A DNA stretch of 64,000 nt from Anaerolineales bacterium (GTDB lineage: Bacteria; Chloroflexota; Anaerolineae; Anaerolineales; UBA4823), in the NCBI GenBank assembly GCA_034434515.1, contig DAOTZA010000139.1, positions 1,204 through 65,203 on the forward strand, in the 5' to 3' direction. Numbering within the stretch: position 1 is the first letter of the stretch; each line of letters opens with the position of its first letter. Position numbers and translations under genes: made by a program. The notes under the pieces are model-generated. The model made no database searches. It saw only the letters and a list, made by a program, of their open reading frames with translations, and had not been told where the DNA came from. Shown piece after piece: positions 18,284 to 27,347 of the stretch.

Positions 18284-19771
18284 TTAACCTCCACTTAAGA
18301 ATGATACCCGAAAAATCGTTCCTTGTGAATAATCACTTGTGATCGTTATTTCGGCCGTGTGTTGACGAAGGATTTCAAGACAGATGTTGATCTCAATCCC
18401 ATTTCCCCTTCCCCCAAGAGTCTTGAAAAACGTGGTTGCGTTGATCTCTTGTAAATCCTGAGGAGGAATCACGCGACCGTTATCTTGAATGATGACCTGG
18501 GGGAATTCCTCCTGGGAGGTAACAATCCAGATGCGGCCATTCGGAACGCCAGCAACTCCATCTCGGGCAAGGATCAAAAGGTTGACCCAGAGAGCAGTGA
18601 GCTTTTGAGGATTGCCGTAAATGGAGGGCAGGTCTTTGGCAAACCGGGTCTCCAGGGCGATTCCTTCGGCTTTGATTTGTTCCCCGATCAGCGAGAGGGC
18701 TTTCTGCAGGCTTTCGTTGAGGTTGATTTTTTCCTGGACTTCTGTAGGGGAACGGCTGAAGTCGATCAGTTGTTGGACAGCTTTTTGTACCCGCCAGCCG
18801 GCCGCCTCGATTGCCAGGACGGATTCGCGCCCTGGTTGACCAGGGGGAATTTTATTGAGCAAGATTTGCGCTTCGGCGATAATCGTGGTCAAGGGGTTGT
18901 TGATATGGTGAGCAACTCCGGCAGCCAGGTCGCCGATCGCCGCCAGATGGGAGGATTGCTCCAGTTGGCGTTGAGCATTCTGGATGCGTTCTTCCATCTT
19001 CTTGCGCTGTGTCACATCGCGAATCACATCAATATAACCGATCAAGCGATTGTCAGCGCTCACATCGCGCAGGGGTGCCAGGCGGGAACTGACCCACCGT
19101 TCCTCCTTCCCGACCATCACTTTTCGCTCAACATCGCCGGGTAGCGTTTTATCTTCGAGCGGAAATGGAGGCAGAGGATTAAATAAGCGGCGATAGACTT
19201 CCTGAACGGACTTGCCAATGGCTAGATGGGCGGGGAAATTGAAGAGACGTTCTGCTTCGTGATTCCAGTAGGTGATTTTTCCTTCGGTGTCCCAAACGAC
19301 GACCGCGTCGCGCATGTTTTGTAATAAGAGCGCCTGATAGCGGATCTGCTCGTGTTGTTTTTGTAAGGCGCGCTTCAGGCGTTGAGTAGCAACCGCTTTC
19401 TCGATGCGGCGGGGTAAATCCTGCCAGTAGTTGCTCCCTTTGACCAGATAATCGCTGGCACCGCTCTGCAATGCTTGCACGGCAAGCTGTTCGTCCCCCT
19501 GTCCGGTGACCATCAGAACCGGCAGATTAATTTTCCGGTTTTGCAACTGCTCCAGGGCTTCCAGACCCGTCCCGTCCGGCAGGCGATAATCCATCAAGAT
19601 CACATCTGCTTTGCTTTCGGGGAGAATTTGCCAGAATTGGCTCAAGGTGCTGGCGGTGCAGATCTCGAATCCTTCCGCTAAGCGCAAGCGTTCGGCAACC
19701 AGTTGCGCTTGTTGCAGATCATCCTCAACCAGGAGGACGCGAATGGTTAGAGGTAGGGTAGGGTTAGCCAT
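18284..19771 (-). CDS. REC-PAS-HisKA protein with a degenerate ATPase (CA) domain
   Basis: 495 aa. It has an N-terminal receiver (LVEDD, ILMDYRLPDGTG), a PAS domain and the H-box GVAHHINNPLT. In the N-box the Asn is replaced (VNLLILARDG). G1 reads DNGRVI and G2 reads GGRGNGIEI. Confidence 0.85.
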   Translation of the reverse strand: MANPTLPLTIRVLLVEDDLQQAQLVAERLRLAEGFEICTASTLSQFWQILPESKADVILMDYRLPDGTGLEALEQLQNRKINLPVLMVTGQGDEQLAVQALQSGASDYLVKGSNYWQDLPRRIEKAVATQRLKRALQKQHEQIRYQALLLQNMRDAVVVWDTEGKITYWNHEAERLFNFPAHLAIGKSVQEVYRRLFNPLPPFPLEDKTLPGDVERKVMVGKEERWVSSRLAPLRDVSADNRLIGYIDVIRDVTQRKKMEERIQNAQRQLEQSSHLAAIGDLAAGVAHHINNPLTTIIAEAQILLNKIPPGQPGRESVLAIEAAGWRVQKAVQQLIDFSRSPTEVQEKINLNESLQKALSLIGEQIKAEGIALETRFAKDLPSIYGNPQKLTALWVNLLILARDGVAGVPNGRIWIVTSQEEFPQVIIQDNGRVIPPQDLQEINATTFFKTLGGRGNGIEINICLEILRQHTAEITITSDYSQGTIFRVSFLSGG

Positions 19772-19997
19772 GATGGTTTCATCTGTTGCAACTCGTGTGC
19801 AATTCTTATGGGGTTATAACTTTGACTTTATCAATAAACCATAAATTCTGCGTAAAGAAGGGCTTGCGATTTTGATAGGTAGGAACAAATAGAGTAGAGA
19901 AGGGCAATGCTTCTCTCTATATCGGTCGCGTAGCGACCTCTCTTCGATTGACGGTGGATAGAAATTGATGGTCTTGACGGGCTATGGGGATGGAACT

Positions 19998-20036
19998 AAA
20001 AAACAAACCTTGCGGGGCTTTGACGACCCCGCAAGG
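19998..20036 (-). terminator. Intrinsic terminator of thrS
   Basis: The minus strand reads CCTTGCGGGG-tcgtcaaag-CCCCGCAAGG followed by TTTGTTTTTT. It starts 44 nt after the thrS stop. Confidence 0.75.
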
Positions 20037-20080
20037 TCAGAGGAGAGAAACACAAGGGATTTCGCCGAAGGCGAAGGTTT

Positions 20081-21871
20081 TTATCGATGCGCAGCAATGT
20101 CTTGCTGAGCGAGTTCAATGAAGGCTTGCAGGCTCATCGGGCCGGGGTTTTCACCCGATCGCAGGCGCAAAGCAACCTGGCCACTCTCCTGTTCTTTATC
20201 TCCGACCACCAGCATGTAAGGGATTTTTTGAGTTTGGGCATCGCGGATTTTGGCGTTCATCCGTTCGCTGCGCTCATCGATTTGTACTCTTAAGCCGACA
20301 GCCTTAAGTTGTTCGGCTACCTGGTGAGCATAGGCAAGGTGCCGATCAGCGATGGGGATTAAGACTGCCTGGACTGGCGAGAGCCAGACCGGAAAAGCCC
20401 CGCCAAAATGTTCAATGAGGACACCCATGAAGCGCTCCATCGAACCCAATAAGGCGCGGTGAATCATATACGGGCGATAGGCTTTGCCATCTTCGCCGAT
20501 AAACGTGAGGTCGAAACGCTCGGGCAGATTAAAATCGAATTGAATCGTACTGAGTTGCCACTCTCGCCCCAGGGCATCGATCATCTTTAAGTCAATCTTT
20601 GGGCCATAAAAAGCTGCTCCACCTGCATCAACATCATATGACAAACCGGCTCGTTCGAGCGCCATCTTTAGGGCTTGGGTGGCATCTTCCCAGCGATCGG
20701 CTTCACCAGCCGATTTTTCTGGATCTCGCGTCGAGAGATAGGCGTGAAACTCATTCATCCCGAAGGCTTGTAAAATGTGGAGGCAGAAATTCAGGACGCG
20801 ATCGATCTCTTCGGGCATTTGATCCGGCCTGCAGAAGAGGTGGGCATCATCCTGGGTGAAGCCACGCACACGCATCAAGCCATGCAAGACGCCGCTGCGT
20901 TCATAGCGGTACACAGTACCCCATTCGGCGAGGCGCATGGGCAGATCGCGATAGCTGTGAATCTGGCTCTTGTAAATCATGATATGGAAGGGGCAATTCA
21001 TCGGTTTGAGAAAATACTCCTCCCCTTCGATGTCGATCGGTGCATACATATTTTCCTTATACCAGGCAAGATGACCGCTGGTCTCCCATAACGAAGCCCG
21101 TCCGATGTGAGGGGAATAGACCAGATCGTATCCGTTGGCGAGATGCTCCTGCTTACAATACTCTTCCGCCAGATGACGGATCAAGGCGCCTTTGGGATGC
21201 CAGAGGATCAACCCGCTGCCGACTTCTTGCGAGGTGCTGAACAAACCCAACTCTTTGCCAAGCCGGCGATGATCACGCTTTTTGGCTTCTTCTAAACGCC
21301 AGAGGTATTGATCCAGTTCTTCTTTGGTGCGCCAGGCGGTGCCGTAAATCCGTTGCAACATGGGATTTTTTTCATTCCCCCGCCAGTAAGCTCCAGCCAC
21401 GTTAATCAGCTTGATGGCTTCTGGGTTAATTTGTGAGGTGTTTTCAACGTGCGGGCCGCGGCAAAGATCCACAAAAGTATCATGGGTATAGATGGAAATC
21501 TCGGGTTTTTCGGTTAACGGGTTGCCGTGTTCGTCCGTACCGCCTTTTTCTAAATCGTTGATCAGTTCAAGTTTGTAGGGCTGGTCCTTGAAAATTTGGC
21601 GGGCTTCCTCGGCGGTGATCACCTTTTTCTTAAAAGCGTGATTTTGGCGAATGATCTCTTTCATGCGCTGTTCGATCTTTTCCAGATCTTCGGGAGTCAA
21701 GTTGCGCGGCAGGTCAAAGTCGTAGTAGAAACCGTCCTCGATAGCCGGGCCAATGGTATATTTTCCGTCAGGGAACAACTCTAAAACGGCTTGGGCCATG
21801 ACATGGGCGCTTGAGTGGCGGATACGAAAGAGGAGATCGTCATCGGATTTCATTTCGGTTTTTTTATTCAT
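20081..21871 (-). CDS. thrS: Threonyl-tRNA synthetase (lacks the N-terminal TGS domain)
   Basis: 596 aa. It has the editing-domain HSSAHVMAQA motif near residue 20, a class II catalytic core and a C-terminal anticodon-binding domain. A Thr-specific T-box lies upstream. Confidence 0.97.
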   Translation of the reverse strand: MNKKTEMKSDDDLLFRIRHSSAHVMAQAVLELFPDGKYTIGPAIEDGFYYDFDLPRNLTPEDLEKIEQRMKEIIRQNHAFKKKVITAEEARQIFKDQPYKLELINDLEKGGTDEHGNPLTEKPEISIYTHDTFVDLCRGPHVENTSQINPEAIKLINVAGAYWRGNEKNPMLQRIYGTAWRTKEELDQYLWRLEEAKKRDHRRLGKELGLFSTSQEVGSGLILWHPKGALIRHLAEEYCKQEHLANGYDLVYSPHIGRASLWETSGHLAWYKENMYAPIDIEGEEYFLKPMNCPFHIMIYKSQIHSYRDLPMRLAEWGTVYRYERSGVLHGLMRVRGFTQDDAHLFCRPDQMPEEIDRVLNFCLHILQAFGMNEFHAYLSTRDPEKSAGEADRWEDATQALKMALERAGLSYDVDAGGAAFYGPKIDLKMIDALGREWQLSTIQFDFNLPERFDLTFIGEDGKAYRPYMIHRALLGSMERFMGVLIEHFGGAFPVWLSPVQAVLIPIADRHLAYAHQVAEQLKAVGLRVQIDERSERMNAKIRDAQTQKIPYMLVVGDKEQESGQVALRLRSGENPGPMSLQAFIELAQQDIAAHR

Positions 21872-21944
21872 TCCATACCTCCAAATTCAGGTTCAGACAA
21901 TCCAGACTGTTTTCCAAAGGTGGCTAAAAGGTTGATGGAGTAAT

Positions 21945-22185
21945 GAAAAAAGCTCTCGCCCCTGGGGCGAGAGCTAACGCTCACACGGTTCCACCCAGAT
22001 TGAGCTGATCCGCAGCTCATCTCCTTGCACCGATAACGGGGTGTTCCGTTTCCCTTACTTTGAGCATTGTCGGTTCAGGGTCAGGCTCACGGGTGGTTTT
22101 CGCCCTGGCCTTGTGCAAAGACTTTCAGCCAGTGATCTTTGCTCTCTGGAGCAAGGTGAGCAGGGCTACTCGTCCCGATCTACGC
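21945..22185 (-). promoter_or_regulatory. T-box riboswitch leader with ACC (Thr) specifier, controlling thrS
   Basis: Minus-strand elements, in order:
- A stem I base with ACGAGUAG, the AG-bulge CCAGAGAGC and the distal loop GGCUGAAAG.
- A specifier loop GCGAAAACCACCC, with codon ACC followed by A.
- Stem III GAGCUG-cggau-CAGCUC.
- The T-box sequence AAUCUGGGUGGAACCGUGUGAGCG.
- A terminator AGCUCUCGCCCC-AG-GGGCGAGAGCU followed by UUUUUU (21945-21975). Confidence 0.85.
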
Positions 22186-22194
22186 CATTTTTAG

Positions 22195-22268
22195 TGGGCG
22201 GAACAGGGCTCGAACCTGCGACCTCTGCGATGTCAACGCAGTGCTCTAACCAACTGAGCTATCCGCCC
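22195..22268 (-). tRNA. tRNA-Val (anticodon GAC)
   Basis: The reverse complement GGGCGGATAGCTCAGTTGGTTAGAGCACTGCGTTGACATCGCAGAGGTCGCAGGTTCGAGCCCTGTTCCGCCCA folds as a cloverleaf. The anticodon loop is TTGACAT. No CCA is encoded. Confidence 0.95.
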
Positions 22269-22279
22269 GAATTGATCAA

Positions 22280-22308
22280 ATTATAACTCAGACTTGAAAT
22301 GTCTTCAA
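22280..22308 (-). promoter_or_regulatory. Sigma-70-type promoter upstream of tRNA-Val (and probably the thrS leader)
   Basis: The minus strand reads TTGAAG-N17-TATAAT. The -10 element ends 11 nt before the tRNA 5' end. Confidence 0.6.
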
Positions 22309-22418
22309 GGGAAAATCTGGTCTGTCGATGGAAGATGAATATTTTGTAAAGTTGCTAGGCGTGCGTTGCCACTCGGGAATGGGGGGTGACCTCTAACTTG
22401 TGGAGCGGGAGGCACGGG

Positions 22419-23174
22419 TCAGGTACAGAAATCCCACAGCCATTGAGCAATCCAATTGGGCTGTTCTAACACGACCATGTGCCCGCTGTTGGGGATGATT
22501 TCAAAGTGCGCATTCGCCAGCTTTTTCGCCAGCTCTTGGGCGCCAGGAATGGGTGTCATGCGGTCGAATTCACCAGTTAGAATCAGAGCGGGTTGCTTAA
22601 TTTTATCCAATTCTCCAGAGAGATCAAACCGGTTGCAAGCTGCCAGGTCTTGATATAGCGTGTGGGGATGATTGTCGAGCAACCTGCGGGCGGTGAGTTC
22701 TTTGAGTCGTTGGGATGTGCCAGGGGCAAAAGACCATTTGATGAGCAATTCAACCGCGCGGGGTAAGGTATCAGGCTGGGCGGCAAGTTCCAACAGCACA
22801 GGATTGACCGCTAAGCGCGCTGCGCTGCCAATCAAGACCACCTTGCGCACCCGCTGAGGCGCCTGAAGGGCAAGCAGTAAACTGATAGCTCCACCCATCG
22901 AATGGCCGCAGACATCGACTTGCTGCAACCTGAGACCATCCAACCAGTTCAGCAGGCTGTTAGCTACTTCCTCCAGGGTTTGAAATGCCAGGGCATCTGA
23001 TTTGCCATGATTGGGTAGGTCTGGAGCAAGCACGGTTTTATGCGCCAGACGGCGCACTTGTGGCGGCCAGGATAAACTCATTCCACCTGCGCCATGAATC
23101 AAGAGCAGGGGCGGGAAAGACGATGTCTGGCGTGGTTGAGAGAGAGTGTAGAAGATGCCTGAAAAGTTGGGCAA
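22419..23174 (-). CDS. Alpha/beta-fold hydrolase
   Basis: 251 aa. It has the HGAGG oxyanion region, the nucleophile elbow GHSMGG and a C-terminal SGH motif. Confidence 0.85.
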   Translation of the reverse strand: MPNFSGIFYTLSQPRQTSSFPPLLLIHGAGGMSLSWPPQVRRLAHKTVLAPDLPNHGKSDALAFQTLEEVANSLLNWLDGLRLQQVDVCGHSMGGAISLLLALQAPQRVRKVVLIGSAARLAVNPVLLELAAQPDTLPRAVELLIKWSFAPGTSQRLKELTARRLLDNHPHTLYQDLAACNRFDLSGELDKIKQPALILTGEFDRMTPIPGAQELAKKLANAHFEIIPNSGHMVVLEQPNWIAQWLWDFCT

Positions 23175-23189
23175 AGTGCTTCTCCTCCT

Positions 23190-24941
23190 TTAGCTGAACG
23201 TTCCTTTTTTCAGCCGGTCAGCGGCGTTCTCGGTGAGGGGTATCCATACCCGCACAGCCGTGCCCTGATTCGGTTTTGAGTCGATTTGAAACAATCCGTT
23301 GACCAGCTCGGTTCGTTCACGCATGTTGACCATGCCAAGACTGCCGCGCTGATCGTAGCCACTGGCAAGGTCAACTGGATCAAAACCAACTCCATCATCC
23401 ACAATTTCTAATATGAGAATGTCCTGAGCGGCGAAATGCAAGCGCACCCAAATATGATCGGCTTTGGCGTGTTTGCGGGCGTTATTGACGGCTTCTTCAG
23501 CGATGGCAAAAATGACGCTTTGTTTATTGATCTCCAGATCCTGGATGGTGGCGGGGTCGGCTTGCACGATGACTTTTTGATTATAGGTTTCCAGCATTTT
23601 TTCTGCCATGGCTTGTAAAGCAGCAATTAAGCCTTGCGATTCGAGCACCAGGGGACGCAATGTAAAAAGCATGTGTCGAATCTCTTTTGTCGTGCGGCGA
23701 GCTAGCTCTTCGATTTTGTATAATTCTTCGGCGGTTGCCCGCGGATCGCGCTCGAGCAAGCGTCGGGCAAAATTAACTCGCATGGCAAGGGCTGAGACCG
23801 ATTGCGTTGGTCCATCGTGTAAATCCCGGGCTAATTTTTTGCGGGCTTCTTCCTGAATCTCGAATATGCGCTCTTTCTCCTGCTCCAACTGTTGATAAAG
23901 CAAAGCGTTTTCAATGGCAACCATGGCCTGGTTGGCAATGACCTGCAAGATTTCACACCTTTCAGCGGTGAAATAATCCGCCTGAGGATGGGCATAAAGT
24001 AACAATCCATACACTTGCAAGCCTTTGCGTAATGGCAGCAGATAAACGACGTTACACTGACGGAGGGCAACCGCTCTGCTCAATTCCGGGTCGCGCATTG
24101 GCTGGTATTGCAGGGTAGGTTGATCGTTTTCGAGGGCGCTATGCAGAATCTTGCTGTTCAAAGAAAAGTTAATTCGCTGATCGGCAGGGGTGAAATGGCG
24201 GGCTGTGACAATGCGCAATTGCGCTTTACCATTCTTCTCCTCCTCGACCATCAACACCGCCGAGACTAAGCGGTTTTCTGAGCCGTCGTCGGATAGAAGC
24301 GCCTGCGTACTGGTATCCAGAGCTGTTTCGAGCACCTGTTGATAATTCAAGGTGGCGCTGAGGGTGTTGATCAGCCGATACAAGGCTTTGCGCCGTTCGG
24401 TTTCGATCTCATGGCGAGAAGCGTCGTTAGCTTTTGATGAGGGCGACTTCTGAACGAGGCGCTGCCGGATGCGGAACAACAGAAAGCCAATTGCTCCGCC
24501 AAGCAGCAGGTAAAGGATTGAGTAAGTCAGCATCAGAACCAGATAGGGGGAGACAACCGCCCGGTCAAATAACAACCATCCTGACAGGAGCAGGTTCAAG
24601 ATGACTATTCCAACCAGCCCGTAGAGCGGCAGGTTCAGCGCCGCGCTCAAGAAAGGCAGGATGGAAAACCAACCGAGGGCATAGAATTGATCTCCGCTGA
24701 GCCATAAAATTGCGGCACTGACGAGAAAATCCAGGGCAACGCTTCCAATTCGTCCGGCGCGGGTGAAGACGGAAGAAGTCAGCCAGAAGGGAAATCCCAA
24801 ATTCAGGAGACTGTAAGAGAATAAAATAAGTTTACCGGGAAGAGAGAGTTCACCGAGAAGAGTAAGCAACAAGAAAAACATCCAGCGCAAGCTGATGCTT
24901 AGCAGATCCCACAAGGTTAACGGAGTTCTAGAACGGTTCAT
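23190..24941 (-). CDS. Membrane sensor histidine kinase (multi-TM, GAF, HisKA_3, HATPase), NarL-partner type
   Basis: 583 aa with about 5 N-terminal TM helices and a central GAF-like region. The H-box is LARDLHDGPTQ (HisKA_3), with NNARKHA and DDGVGF motifs. No cognate regulator is adjacent. Confidence 0.85.
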   Translation of the reverse strand: MNRSRTPLTLWDLLSISLRWMFFLLLTLLGELSLPGKLILFSYSLLNLGFPFWLTSSVFTRAGRIGSVALDFLVSAAILWLSGDQFYALGWFSILPFLSAALNLPLYGLVGIVILNLLLSGWLLFDRAVVSPYLVLMLTYSILYLLLGGAIGFLLFRIRQRLVQKSPSSKANDASRHEIETERRKALYRLINTLSATLNYQQVLETALDTSTQALLSDDGSENRLVSAVLMVEEEKNGKAQLRIVTARHFTPADQRINFSLNSKILHSALENDQPTLQYQPMRDPELSRAVALRQCNVVYLLPLRKGLQVYGLLLYAHPQADYFTAERCEILQVIANQAMVAIENALLYQQLEQEKERIFEIQEEARKKLARDLHDGPTQSVSALAMRVNFARRLLERDPRATAEELYKIEELARRTTKEIRHMLFTLRPLVLESQGLIAALQAMAEKMLETYNQKVIVQADPATIQDLEINKQSVIFAIAEEAVNNARKHAKADHIWVRLHFAAQDILILEIVDDGVGFDPVDLASGYDQRGSLGMVNMRERTELVNGLFQIDSKPNQGTAVRVWIPLTENAADRLKKGTFS

Positions 24942-24980
24942 TTCGTCCTGATCCGCGTTGATTCAAACACACTTTTCGAT

Positions 24981-25598
24981 CTACTCGCTTAACAATCTGG
25001 TAAGGTAGGGCAGTAGAACCTGTAACGCGCGCCCACGATGGCTGAGGGCATTCTTTTCAGAGATGCTGAGCTCAGCCATGGTCTGGTTCAAAGCGGGTAG
25101 CAAGAAAATCGGGTCATAACCAAAGCCGCCTGCACCGCGCTCCTCCGGTATGATCTCACCTTCGCACACGCCTTCAAAGAAAGCCAATTCCTGTTGGGGG
25201 ATGGCAAGGGCGAGGATGCAGCGGAAGCGCGCCGTCCAGGGGCGCGGTTTATCCTTCAAGCGGGAAAGGAGATAAGCGCGGCGGTCTGCATCGGTGGCGT
25301 TTGGCAAGGGCGCATAGCGTGCCGAGCGGAGGCCGGGTTCTCCGTTTAGAGCGTCAACTTCCAGTCCAGAATCATCGGCTAAGGTTGGCAAGCCGCTTGC
25401 AGCGACGTACGCTGTAGCTTTCTTGGCGGCGTTTTCAGCGTAGGTTGCGCCATCTTCGTGAATATCCAGGTGCAGCGCAAGGTCGCGCAAATCTAGGATT
25501 TCAATCGGAAGGGCCGATAAGACGGCGCGCATTTCATGGACTTTGCCGATATTTGCCGTAGCCAGAAGTAACTTGTAGGGTTGGATCATACGCTCCAA
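24981..25598 (-). CDS. rdgB: Non-canonical purine NTP pyrophosphatase (RdgB/HAM1 family)
   Basis: 205 aa. It has LATANIGKVHE, DDSGLEVDALNGEPG, GFGYDPIF and SHR motifs. Confidence 0.9.
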   Translation of the reverse strand: MERMIQPYKLLLATANIGKVHEMRAVLSALPIEILDLRDLALHLDIHEDGATYAENAAKKATAYVAASGLPTLADDSGLEVDALNGEPGLRSARYAPLPNATDADRRAYLLSRLKDKPRPWTARFRCILALAIPQQELAFFEGVCEGEIIPEERGAGGFGYDPIFLLPALNQTMAELSISEKNALSHRGRALQVLLPYLTRLLSE

Positions 25599-25644
25599 TA
25601 AATTTTACATCAAAATTCTGCAAATACAAAATATATAGTAATTC

Positions 25645-25673
25645 TTGACAGATTGAAAGGGTTATGCTATAAT
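25645..25673 (+). promoter_or_regulatory. Consensus sigma-70 promoter for the DUF177 / sigma-factor genes
   Basis: TTGACA-N17-TATAAT is an exact consensus match. It ends 29 nt before the GTG start at 25703. Confidence 0.7.
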
Positions 25674-25702
25674 TTTTATAACTTTCCGGATGTGGATGAT
25701 CC

Positions 25703-26224
25703 GTGGTTGCTAAAGGTCCTCTTCGTCTCAATGCCGGCTTTATTGTTGGTCTTCCAGTAGGTGAGAGCCGTGACTTTGATGTTGACATCTCCCATATTGT
25801 CCTCGAGTCAGACTTAATCTTAGATGAGTTGAGCGGCAGTGTGCGCATCACCCGCACAGCTCAGGGACTGCTGCTCCATGCCATGATGCATGCAACGACC
25901 CCAAGCCAATGCGTGCGTTGTCTCAATGATTTTACCTTACCCCTGGAAGTTGATTTTACGGAATTATACGCTTTCTCCCGCAATGGGATGAGTGAAAGTG
26001 GCTTGCTTTTGCCCGAGGATGCCCAGATTGATCTTTCACCGCTGGTGCGCGAATATATGCTATTAGCCGTTCCAATTCAGCCACTGTGTATGCCAGACTG
26101 CAAAGGGCTTTGTCCGATTTGCGGCGCTAACCAAAATGAAAATGTCTGTAATCATCCTGAAGAAGAGATTGATCCAAGGCTATCTATCCTGAAAACGTGG
26201 TTAGATCACAACGAGATCGAATAG
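25703..26224 (+). CDS. DUF177 (YceD-like) protein
   Basis: 173 aa. It has two Cys pairs (CVRC..., CKGLCPICG) and an acidic C-terminus typical of YceD/DUF177. It uses a GTG start. Confidence 0.8.
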   Translation: MVAKGPLRLNAGFIVGLPVGESRDFDVDISHIVLESDLILDELSGSVRITRTAQGLLLHAMMHATTPSQCVRCLNDFTLPLEVDFTELYAFSRNGMSESGLLLPEDAQIDLSPLVREYMLLAVPIQPLCMPDCKGLCPICGANQNENVCNHPEEEIDPRLSILKTWLDHNEIE

Positions 26225-26263
26225 TTTTCGTCCTTGTTCGCCTGTTTTTATAGTTAAGGAGGG

Positions 26264-27289
26264 ATGCGCATGGTTTTATCAGGGGCAGACATTGTTGAGG
26301 AAATCAATCCTTTTCTTTTAACGTCTTTAAGTGAAATTGAGCTGGCAGAGACGGAAGAGTATGACGAAAATTCGGATCATTTTTCCGATGACACCTTAGA
26401 TATCTATCTTCGTGAAATGGCGGCCGTGCCTCTTCTGAGCCATCAAGAAGAGATCGATCTGGCACGCCGTTTTGAACGCGGCAAACAAGCTCAGCTCGAA
26501 CTTGCCAACACGAAAGGTAGAATCAGCAAAAGAAGATTAGCCGAACTCAAGGCTCTGATCAGCGATGGCCTGGCTGCCCGTGAACATCTGATTAAAGCCA
26601 ATACTCGCCTAGTGATCTCGATTGCGCGACGCTATATCGGCTGCGGTGTGCCATTGAGCGACCTGATCCAGGAGGGTAATTTGGGTCTGATCCGCGCGGT
26701 CGAAAAGTTCGAGTACCAGCGCGGATTTCGTTTTTCAACCTATGCCACCTGGTGGATCCGTCAGGCAGTCATGCGGGCGATTGCCATGCAGAGCCGCACC
26801 ATCCGTTTACCAGTCTATCTTGGCGATCGCGTGCGCCAGTTTCAACAGGTTGCGCATGCGCTCGAACAAGAGTTGGGCAGACCACCCACCTTGCAGGAAT
26901 TAGCCCAGGAGTTGAATGTAACCCCTGAGAAGGTGCACTGGGTCATGCAGATGTCTCAGACACCGCTCTCTCTCGAAGACCCTTACGGAGACGAGGAGGA
27001 TTCGGAATTTGGGGCTTTTGTAGAAGATGAAACGGCGGAGCAACCGTATGATGCTGTGCAACAAATGATGCTTCAGGAGCAAGTGGAACAAGCCCTGGCT
27101 ACCCTTACCCCGCGCGAAGCCCGCGTGCTCCGCTTAAGGTATGGCTTAGGATATCAAAGGCAGTTGACGTTGGAGGAGGTTGGGGATAAATTCGGTTTAA
27201 CCCGCGAACGAATCCGCCAAATTGAACTGCAAGCATTGCGCCGCTTGCGTCATCCCAGTCGAGCGCGTATCTTGCGCGAATATCTCTAG
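26264..27289 (+). CDS. RNA polymerase sigma-70 family factor, RpoD/SigA-like (group 1/2)
   Basis: 341 aa. Region 1.2 reads DTLDIYLREM. Region 2 reads LIKANTRLVISIARRY...DLIQEGNLGLIRAVEKFEYQRGFRFSTYATWWIRQA. Region 3 reads TIRLPVY. Region 4 reads LTPREARVLRLRYGL...TLEEVGDKFGLTRERIRQIE. Confidence 0.9.
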   Translation: MRMVLSGADIVEEINPFLLTSLSEIELAETEEYDENSDHFSDDTLDIYLREMAAVPLLSHQEEIDLARRFERGKQAQLELANTKGRISKRRLAELKALISDGLAAREHLIKANTRLVISIARRYIGCGVPLSDLIQEGNLGLIRAVEKFEYQRGFRFSTYATWWIRQAVMRAIAMQSRTIRLPVYLGDRVRQFQQVAHALEQELGRPPTLQELAQELNVTPEKVHWVMQMSQTPLSLEDPYGDEEDSEFGAFVEDETAEQPYDAVQQMMLQEQVEQALATLTPREARVLRLRYGLGYQRQLTLEEVGDKFGLTRERIRQIELQALRRLRHPSRARILREYL

Positions 27290-27309
27290 CCAACAATGCA
27301 AAGTAGAGG

Positions 27310-27338
27310 TTGACAAAATCTATTTGTGCGGATAAACT
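27310..27338 (+). promoter_or_regulatory. Candidate sigma-70 promoter of the metG leader
   Basis: TTGACA (27310-27315), a 17-nt spacer, then TAAACT (27333-27338). The leader ATG lies 9 nt downstream of the -10 element. Confidence 0.55.
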
Positions 27339-27347
27339 CACCCCGAT

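Noticed and set aside
17723-19144. Plus-strand ORFs of 162 aa and 219 aa
   Set aside because: They are antisense to the response regulator and the REC-PAS-kinase genes. They have no motifs and low-complexity, G/D/A-rich composition.
22041-22286. An 81-aa plus-strand ORF
   Set aside because: It covers the antisense of the T-box leader and of tRNA-Val. The region is fully explained by these RNA features.
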